In this document: one piece after another, positions 55,757 through 64,000 of the stretch | How positions within the stretch are numbered: the stretch's first letter is position 1 | Layout of the letters: each line of letters begins with the position of its first letter | Source of the DNA: Octopus vulgaris | Taxonomy: Eukaryota | Assembly (NCBI GenBank): GCA_951406725.2 | Contig: OX597816.1 | Location: forward strand, 18,600,001 to 18,664,000 | DNA length: 64,000 nucleotides | Direction: 5' to 3' | Notes under the pieces: generated by a model | What the model saw: the letters and a program-made list of their open reading frames with translations, nothing else | Databases searched by the model: none | What the model was told of the DNA's origin: nothing | Made by a program: the position numbers and the translations under genes

Positions 55757-55912
55757 GAAAAAGAAGCAGAAGAAGAAGACGCAGAAGAAGAAGAAGAAGA
55801 AGAAGAAGAAGAAGAAGAAGAAGAAGAAGAAGAAGAAGAAGAAGAAGAAGACGCAGAAGCAGAAGCAGAAGAAGAAGAAAAATAAGAAGAAAAAGAAGAA
55901 GAAGAAGAAGAA

Positions 55913-55963
<51 letters not shown>

Positions 55964-55982
55964 GTAGAAGAAGAGGAAGGAG
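55757..55982. repeat. (GAA)n/(GAT)n microsatellite
   Basis: Direct reading. Confidence 0.95.
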
Positions 55983-55984
55983 AT

Positions 55985-56182
55985 AAATGTTTTAAAGAGA
56001 CTGGAAGAGAGTGTCTGGTAGAGGTTCTACAGAAATTTTGCCACTTAGGGACACAAAGGATTACCAGGTGGATTCTAATCTCTTGAAAGTCTATTGAAAA
56101 GCTTGTCTACATCTTAGATTAGAGCTAGGAACTTCTACCCGCACAAATCCTACTAAAAATAAACGCGAACCTGAGTTAAATC
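55985..56182 (+). mobile_element. 3' end of an R4-like LINE ending in (AAT)n
   Basis: VEVLQKFCHLGTQRITRWIL; related to 30770-30975. Confidence 0.55.
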
Positions 56183-56198
56183 AATAATAATGATAATA

Positions 56199-56740
56199 AA
56201 TGCCCTGACTCAGTACGAATATTCCCCGCTGCAATACCGATAATAACCTTTTGTGGTTCCTGACCTTATCTGATTGGGGTTATCATGAGCATAGTTTATC
56301 TTAATATAAAAGATGAGCTACAGCATTTATCCTGCTCAATATCACAGATCTGCTTGTCAGTTGTTTGACCATAACCAGTTGGGCACGTCTCTTGGTAGCT
56401 GACGATATGTGCATTTCTGATCACGAGCAGAATTAGTCGGTGGGGAATCATAACCATGTATAGAGAGGAGTTCTTTGGAAACAAGGGTGTTTTGTTCATC
56501 ATCCTTAAACAAATCTTAATTAAGGACCTTTTCAGCAGGATGGGCTTTTCGACATTAATGATATTTCTAACTGGGCCCTACCTGCAAGGTCATTCACTGT
56601 TTACCTTGATATGAGATCACTATATCATGCACATATGGTTGTGATGCATGTACTTGGTGTACGCTTTATGGACGGGTATGTTGGGCTTGTATATTCGTAC
56701 CGAACGTGATTTTGATGGAATGCATTGCTCTCTCATTCAA
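56199..56740 (+). mobile_element. Family E repeat, full length, diverged
   Basis: Same start (AAATGCCCTGA.TCAGTAC) and end as 4126-4678. Confidence 0.8.
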
Positions 56741-56955
56741 TAACAACATCTCCATCACGATCATCATCACCGCCACCACTACCAACATCATCACCACCAC
56801 CACCACCACCACCACCACCACCACCACCACCACCACCAACAGCTACAACAACAACAACAACAACACCATCAGCAACGACAATAACAACAGCTACATTAAC
56901 AACACAAAACAACAACAACAACAACAACAACAACAAAAACAACAACAACAACAAC

Positions 56956-56992
<37 letters not shown>

Positions 56993-57245
56993 TGATTAAT
57001 GATAAATGACGTTGAAGATGACAATGAGCATGATGGCGATGGTGGGGACAATAATGATGGTGATGAAGTGTCGAGGATATTCCACCCCATCATTCAAAAT
57101 CATTATCATCATTGTCATCATCATCATCATCATTGCATTTACCTGTATCATCATGCTGGTCGTCATCGTCACCTTCGTCATCATCAACATTTTTGCTGTC
57201 ACCGTCATCATCATCATCATCTTCGCCATCACTCTCATCATCACC
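56741..57245. repeat. Compound trinucleotide microsatellites (CAC, AAC, AAT, CAT)
   Basis: Direct reading. Confidence 0.9.
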
Positions 57246-57643
57246 GAGAAACAAACCGTCTTTAGTGTAGAGATCAATATCCCTTATAATGATGAACAAT
57301 AGAAACAAGAATATGTCCTGAAGCCACTAGAGGCGATACAGACTTCAAGTTTTACACACTTAATGATTTATATATCTGGTTAATCTCTGCCTTCTCTGGC
57401 GCCCTTCCATGTCACTCACATTACGTTCACTTACACTAATACATATTTTATGTGATGTGTATGTAACTTTACATCTAACAGGGACACACTGCACGCAAGC
57501 ACAAACACAAGAGCGCGCACACATATGCGTATAAGGGTTCGCACATATATACCGTACATATATGAATCCAAAATGTAACTACACGTAGACTGTTGGCGAT
57601 TTCTTTTCCTTCTCCCTCTTGTTTTGGACTTTCGTATGTTTCG

Positions 57644-57680
57644 TGTTTCTGAAGAAGAACTTTGCTCGAAACGTATAACA
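57644..57680 (+). ncRNA. Minimal hammerhead candidate lacking helix III
   Basis: TGTTT-CTGAAGA-a-GAAC-ttt-GCTC-GAAA-CG-TA-TAACA; mismatches in stems I and II. Confidence 0.55.
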
Positions 57681-57882
57681 ACCACTCGTTCTTTCCTTCT
57701 CTGAGCGTCTTGTTAATACTTCCCATGTACCACGTCCTGGCGATGCTTGTTTCTTGTCTGTTTTTATACGTTTTTTATGATCACACACACACACACACAC
57801 GCACACGCACACACACATATATAAAATATATATACACACAAACACATATATATATATATAGAGAGAGACAGATAGATACACT

Positions 57883-58054
57883 TTACTCTCTCTTTAGTCT
57901 TATACTTGTTTCAGTCATTCGACTGCGACCATGCTGGAGCACCGCCTTTAGTCGAGCAAATCCACCCCAGGACTTCTTCTTTGGAAACACAGTATTAATT
58001 CTATCAGTTGGCAATTGATGTTGATGGGACAAACATATACACATTAACATATAT

Positions 58055-58127
<73 letters not shown>

Positions 58128-58275
58128 CGACGGCTTCTTTCAGTTTCCGTCTACCAAATCCATTCACAAGGCTTTGTTCGGCCAGAGGCTTTAGTAGAAG
58201 ACACTTGCCCAAGGTGCCACGCAGTGGGACTGAACCCGGAACCATGTGGTTGATAAGCAAGCTATTTACCACACA
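57883..58275 (-). mobile_element. SINE family A
   Basis: Reverse complement of the family A consensus. Confidence 0.88.
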
Positions 58276-59549
58276 TTAGGTACTTAAGTGGAAAAACCAA
58301 ATCAGTCCGCTATCACCACAAAGCTCGAACTAAGGTGAATAAAATGAAAATAAGTATCAGGATATCAGATAGTAATGCAGTAAGACCGTTTCATGTGGCT
58401 CCGTATGATTGAACAATGCAGTCATTACATTAATTTAAATGCAGTGCTATCTTCAGCTGCACAAAATATAGAATTTTCAAACAAGTAGTATACATTAATA
58501 TATTTTTTCTTAAATTTAACACCCTCAATTTGGTAGGTAAGCAGAGGCGACTAAATCGCTCTCCTCATCTCTTGGCTTCCAACTTAAATCCGCTCTCTTG
58601 CTCCATAATCAACAAGTAGTTCTTTCCGATGCCGCTTCCATCCTGTGCACAGTCACTATTCACTTCTTTCCTTTCATTTCAATGCCTATAAGCTTACTCC
58701 ATACTGCGGAGCAGGGAACTCAAAGCAGGGACACTCAACTTGGAAAAAGCATTAATCTCATTTTCTTCGTCCTGCAATCCCGCTGAAGAATCTAGTACTG
58801 GACACACTTCAGTTAGTAGTTCTGATTGCACCGTTCTTCCCACCGGACGGTAAGCTAGATCAAGATAATTTTCTTTCTCTCTTCAGAGTGGAGAACCATA
58901 TTAAATCTTAGGCCGACTTAAATATCTCATAATTAGGATCAATTAATAAGCTATGTTTCCTTTTTGCTCTTCTTATTGGCTCCCCTTCTTTCACGAACTT
59001 AACTGCTCTTGTTTTTTTCCCCCTTAAGATGATGTTTCTTAAGCCTTTCCTGGTCCAGGGTGTGTGTGTGTGTATGTGTGTGTGTGTATGTGTGCGCTTC
59101 TGTATCTGTGTGTGTGTGTCTGTCATAAGACACTTATACATAATACACTTATATACGTCCAATAAAATAATTCAACCATATTTTTAGACTTAACTGTGAT
59201 TCAGCATTCCACAGCCACTGCTATAATTAAAGTTACCTTTAAGTAGAATGATCGTGACACTACGTGCAAAGGTTATTGAATTATTGACGCACTCTAGCCA
59301 TCGGGTCTCCAAACAATTTTCGTCCGTCGAGACCATTGAAAGACACATCGGTCCAATATACCATGCATGAGACAGCTCTAGGCTTCAAGATTTTGACGTG
59401 AATCTTACTAATCGTGTTGATGAGAGTATATTCTATATGTTTGATAACATTTATCTGTGTATTGTGAATATGAAAGAGCCCAGAGTAGCAACAAATGTAG
59501 ACTAAATTTTCAATATATATAAATATATATTCATATATATGTATATAAA

Positions 59550-59845
59550 TTTTAATTTGAATTAATAACGGTGAAAAATTGAATATTAATTTGATTAATA
59601 TTAATTTAAAACCAGTGGCCTAGTATATTGAAAAATCTGAAGTTTCAGAATAATTATATTACATACATATAAGCGAGATGACCAATAAGTTATGCTAGAA
59701 GTAGACCCCCTATGGTCTTACCACTAAGAAAGGATTGTTCTCAAGAAAATTTTCTGGAGAACAATCCTTTCTTAGTGATAAGACCATAGGGGGTCTACTT
59801 CTAGCATATTGGATGTCCACTTAGTGGTCATCCCTCATATGTATG

Positions 59846-59851
<6 letters not shown>
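59550..59851. mobile_element. Fold-back element in (TA)n (~195-bp palindrome plus one-sided tail)
   Basis: Arms 59656-59749/59750-59851, centre AGAAAATTTTCT; tail 59550-59655. Confidence 0.85.
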
Positions 59852-59904
<53 letters not shown>

Positions 59905-59939
59905 TATATACGAGAATGAAGCAACAAGAATGGATTAGT

Positions 59940-60030
59940 TTTTAGTACAATTGTTTCATACAAAGACAGGCTTTATTACAAGTTGCAAAAATTGCAGCAG
60001 ATAAAAGTGTCCCGTACTCATCAGCTAAAA
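59940..60030 (-). ncRNA. Type I hammerhead ribozyme near the PLE terminus
   Basis: TTTTAG-CTGATGA-GTACGGGACA..TGTCTTTGTAT-GAAA-C-AATT-G-TA-CTAAAA; palindromic ACAATTGT; GUA site. Confidence 0.85.
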
Positions 60031-60144
60031 TACATATGAGTTCTCCAAACATCTTAGTGGGTGAGGCTATACTCATGAAGTATTGGAGATAATTTCCTTA
60101 AAGAAAGATTTAGGTTGCAAACAGATTTCCAAAGTTCCTTAATG

Positions 60145-60348
60145 ATGATGCACAGTCTTATCATAGGTTCTTAAAAGCTTATTAGCTTCACAAAGAAGGT
60201 GAATTAATCCGTAGTGTAGATTTAAATTTCCAGAGATATGAGGAGGATGATGCACAGACTTATCACAGGTTTTTAAAAGCTTATTAGCTTCACAGAAAAG
60301 GTGAATTAATCCGTAGTGTAGATTTAAATTTCCAGAGATATGAGGAGG
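60145..60348. repeat. Two tandem 102-bp copies inside the PLE 3' region
   Basis: 34-aa duplication in minus ORF 60139-60381. Confidence 0.9.
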
Positions 60349-62547
60349 AATTTCATACTCACAGACGATGAATTTATCCATGGTTAATCCACAATCATTT
60401 CATGCTATATGATAAGGTATTTGCCACATTACTGTTCTCCACGCAAAACTGCTATGTTATGACTTCTAAAAGCTGACGGCATTTTTTTGTGGAGCAAAGA
60501 AAAGAAAAGAAAGGAAGAAGAAGAAAAGAGACAAGGAAAAAAGAAAAAGAAAAAGGAAAAGAAGAAGAAAAAGGAAAAGAAAAGGAAAAAAAGAAACAAG
60601 AAAAAAGAAAAAGAAAAAAGAAAAACGGGAAAGAAGGGAGAAAAGAAAAGACGCCTATATAGATAATTCTGTGACAACTTAGAGGGAGGGGGGTTCTAAG
60701 GTGATCAACTACTGAAGAATTTGTAGACGGCCTGGTTAGCTTGAATCTGTAAGAATCCAGGAACTATGAGGAGAAAATTATTTTTGACCAGTAAAACAGC
60801 TATTTACTACCAACCTGACGTAGATGAAAGCAGATATGAATCTAAAGAGAATCTAAAGAGATAACAAGGTCAGGGGTAGAGGGGTCAAAAGCTATCGTCA
60901 AAAGGAAATACATTAAGAGAAAAAATCTAAGTGCAACCTTAACAAGAGGTCATTTAAATTTATTTATTTATTTATTCCTGTTACTGTGTTAAAATTGTTG
61001 CCGTTACTATCTATACATTGACAGACTACTGGTCAAAACTTAGAATTTAGTTAACAAGGTGTGATGGAATTGTCTATTATATTGAAATTTCTCATACTAC
61101 TTTCAAGGGAGTATCCTTACTTATTTAAATTTGTAATAGAATTGTGAAGCTTTAGTAACTTATTTTATTAAAGTTGTGTTACCTAAATTAGATTAAGTTC
61201 AAAATTAAAAATTAAGATTTAAGAATTAAATAAACCCTCATTTAAGCAACGTACGAGTACTATTTATTTCCTAATGCTCAAAATCAGGTGCAGTTATAAA
61301 GAAAAAGATAACTATAGTGTGAGAACTCGCAGTTATCTACTTAAAAAGTAATACTATACTAGTAAAAACCCAGCTATATTTATCTATCTATCTTGTTACG
61401 ATTATTCTATACAGTTATTCATTTAAAATATTTTAGAGTCTACAATTTAGCGTGGACACAAACTTGTCCTACTTCAATATGGTTATTTAACAAGCCTCTA
61501 TTTTTTCTATGCCTTAGAATTTCATAGGTCTCCATGGAGTAGAGTTGGCAACCAACCCTGTTATTTTTATACGGCATTGCTCTCCTAACTATTTCCCAAT
61601 TAAGGTTATAATTCCTGTTATTATTTTTGAGTTCCCAGATCTTACTTGAAAGTGTGGTGGTACCAACTTTATGACGTAACTAAACGATGAGACGTGATTT
61701 CTAACGCTTTAATTAAAATTTATCGTACAACCAATGTAAAAAAATGTGTTATTCTCAGTAGATATGGTACATTTATAGATTACGTTATTTTCCCCGCATA
61801 GACCAGGTGCCGGGCATCTTGACTTAATTCTACACTTACACGCAGGAGAAACAACTTCAGAAGTTGGATTATTCATGGGTAGATGTCTTATGTTCCTGTT
61901 ATTTTGATTATCATGAGTATAATTATCTTTATTATTATTATTATTTATATAGTTGGTGCTGCTATCTAAAGCATTGTTATTATTTATTGATCCTTTTGCT
62001 CCATCATTTAGGTCTAAAGTCCTACCATGATTATTTACATTATTGGTAATGTTACTATTATTGTTAGTATTATTATCAAACTGTATATTGTTGCTATAGA
62101 TATCACTGATATTTTCATTCTTTGTATTTTCTCTATTAGCCTTACTTCTATTATTAACATTATTACTTCTATTAGTATCGATATTATTATTACTCTTATT
62201 ACTGTTAATATTATTATTAGTCATTCTGTGGTTGCTGATTCCATCCATGTTTTGATAGTTACTATTGTTGCGTTTATTGTTGGTAGTATTGTTATAATTA
62301 TTATTGGTATTCATGTTGGTATTATTATTTTTATTTTCATCTTTCCTGGCTAGTTTAATGTTGTTATTATTAATCTTAGCTATTAAAGTGGACATATTTG
62401 GGAGGGTTGAATAAGAAATCCTAACTGTTTACTTAGAAATAATTCTATGATATCTATGAGAGATTGGGAAATTTTTTTCTAGAATTACAGTTGAAAGGAA
62501 TATTCAGCCATATATCTTTTTTATTAAATTTCCTTGAATTAGAATCA

Positions 62548-64000
62548 TCTTAGAATTTGATGAGATGAATACAAATAATTCTACGAACCCTGATTCTAAT
62601 TCAAGGAAATTTAATAAAAAAGTTATAATATGGCTGAATATTCCTTTCAACTGTGCGATTCAATCGGATATACAGAGCAAATTCAAAGTAATTCTAGAAA
62701 AAATTTCCCAATCTCTCATAGTTATCATAGAATTATTTCTAAGAAAACAGTTAGGATTTCTTATTCAACCCTCCCAAATATGTCCACTTTAATAGCTAAG
62801 ATTAATAATAACAACATTAAACTAGCCAGGAAAGATGAAAATAAAAATAATAATACCAACATGAATACCAATAACAATTATAACAATACTACCAACAATA
62901 AACGCAACAATAGTAACTATCAAAACATGGATGGAATCAGTAACCACAGAATGACTTATAATAATATTAACAGTAATAAGAGTAATAATAATATCGATAC
63001 TAATAGAAGTAATAATGTTAATAATAGAAGTAAGGCTAATAGAGAAAATACAGAGAATGAAAATATCAGTGATATCTATAGCAACAATATACAGTTTGAT
63101 AATAATACTAACAATAATAGTAACATTACCAATAATGTAAATAATCATGGTAGGACTTTAGACCTAAATGATGGAGCAAAAGGATCAATAAATAATAACA
63201 ATGCTTTAGATAGCAGCACCAACTATATAAATAATAATAATAATAAAGATAATTATACTCATGATAATCAAAATAACAGGAACATAAGACATCTACCCAT
63301 GAATAATCCAACTTCTGAAGTTGTTCCTCCTGCGTGTAAGTGTAGAATTAAGTCAAGATGCCCGGCACCTGGTCTATGCGGGGAAAATAACGTAATCTAT
63401 AAATGTACCATATCTACTGAGAATAACACATTTTTTTACATTGGTTGTACGATAAATTTTAATAAAAGAGTTAGAAATCACGTCTCATCTTTTAGTTACG
63501 TCATAAAGTCGGAACCACCATACTTTCAAGTAAGATCTGGGAACTCAAAAATAATAACAGGAATTATAACCTTAATTGGGAAATAGTTAGGAGAGCAATG
63601 CCGTATAAAAATAACAGGGTTGGTTGCCAACTCTGCTCCATGGAGACCTATGAAATTCTAAGGCATAGAAAAAATAGAGGCTTGTTAAATAACCATATTG
63701 AAGTAGGACAAGTTTGTGTCCACGCTAAATTGAAGACTCTAAAATATTTTAAATGAATAACTGTATAGAATAATCGTAACAAGATAGATAGATAAATATA
63801 GCTGGGTTTTTACTAGTATATCATTACTTTTTAAGTAGATAACTGCGAGTTCTCACACTATAGTTATCTTTTTCTTTATAACTGCACATGATTTTGAGCA
63901 TTAGGAAATAAATAGTACTCGTACGTTGCTTAAATGAGGGTTTATTTAATTCTTAAATCTTAATTTTTAATTTTGAACTTAATCTAATTTAGGTAACACA
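62548..64000 (+). mobile_element. Naiad-type Penelope-like element, right arm (continues beyond the window)
   Basis: 5'-truncated, head-to-head with the left arm, 43-bp asymmetric spacer 62548-62590. Confidence 0.9.
62565..63756 (+). pseudogene. PLE polyprotein C-terminus (RT thumb, Asn-rich linker, CxCx5C, GIY-YIG) with two frameshifts
   Basis: IIWLNIPFN..FKVILEK/NFPISH.YHRII..TVRISYSTLPNM; CKCRIKSRCPAPGLC..VIY..YIGCT..F.KR.RNH; shifted frame 63496-63756 TILSSKIWELK..WEIVRRA.PY..CQLC..E..LLN..E..CVH. Confidence 0.9.

Larger units (their letters stand above)
59903..62547 (-). mobile_element. Naiad-type Penelope-like element, left (inverted) arm: RT C-terminus, GIY-YIG, long 3' region
   Basis: 61175-62547 is the near-identical reverse complement of 62591-64000; ends at (TA)n. 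Confidence 0.9.

Noticed and set aside
58530-59060. Possible LINE ORF1 remnant on the minus strand
   Set aside because: Only vague zinc-knuckle-like traces.
62565-63756. Selenocysteine recoding, reported for some Naiad PLEs
   Set aside because: All visible Cys positions are TGT/TGC and there is no in-frame TGA in the retained part.

Overview
AT-rich, microsatellite-dense eukaryotic DNA, most likely from an octopus or another coleoid cephalopod (inferred from the SINE families). I see no intact host gene; almost all listed ORFs are microsatellite or SINE artefacts. The window is a transposon mosaic: four abundant tRNA-derived SINE families, mariner and pogo-type DNA elements, R4/Dong-like and Tx1/L1-like LINE fragments, and Penelope-like elements (PLEs). 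The main signal is a set of fold-back (inverted-repeat) elements inserted in (TA)n tracts, many carrying minimal type I hammerhead ribozymes (about 12 intact or decayed motifs in 64 kb). Their plausible partner is a head-to-head Naiad-type PLE at 59.9-64 kb with an unusual ~165-aa Asn-rich RT-endonuclease linker. Other notable items are a tRNA-headed SINE with an internal hammerhead (44.6-45.1 kb) and a possible heavily decayed Toll-like receptor gene (0.9-3.4 kb). All folds and alignments were done by eye.
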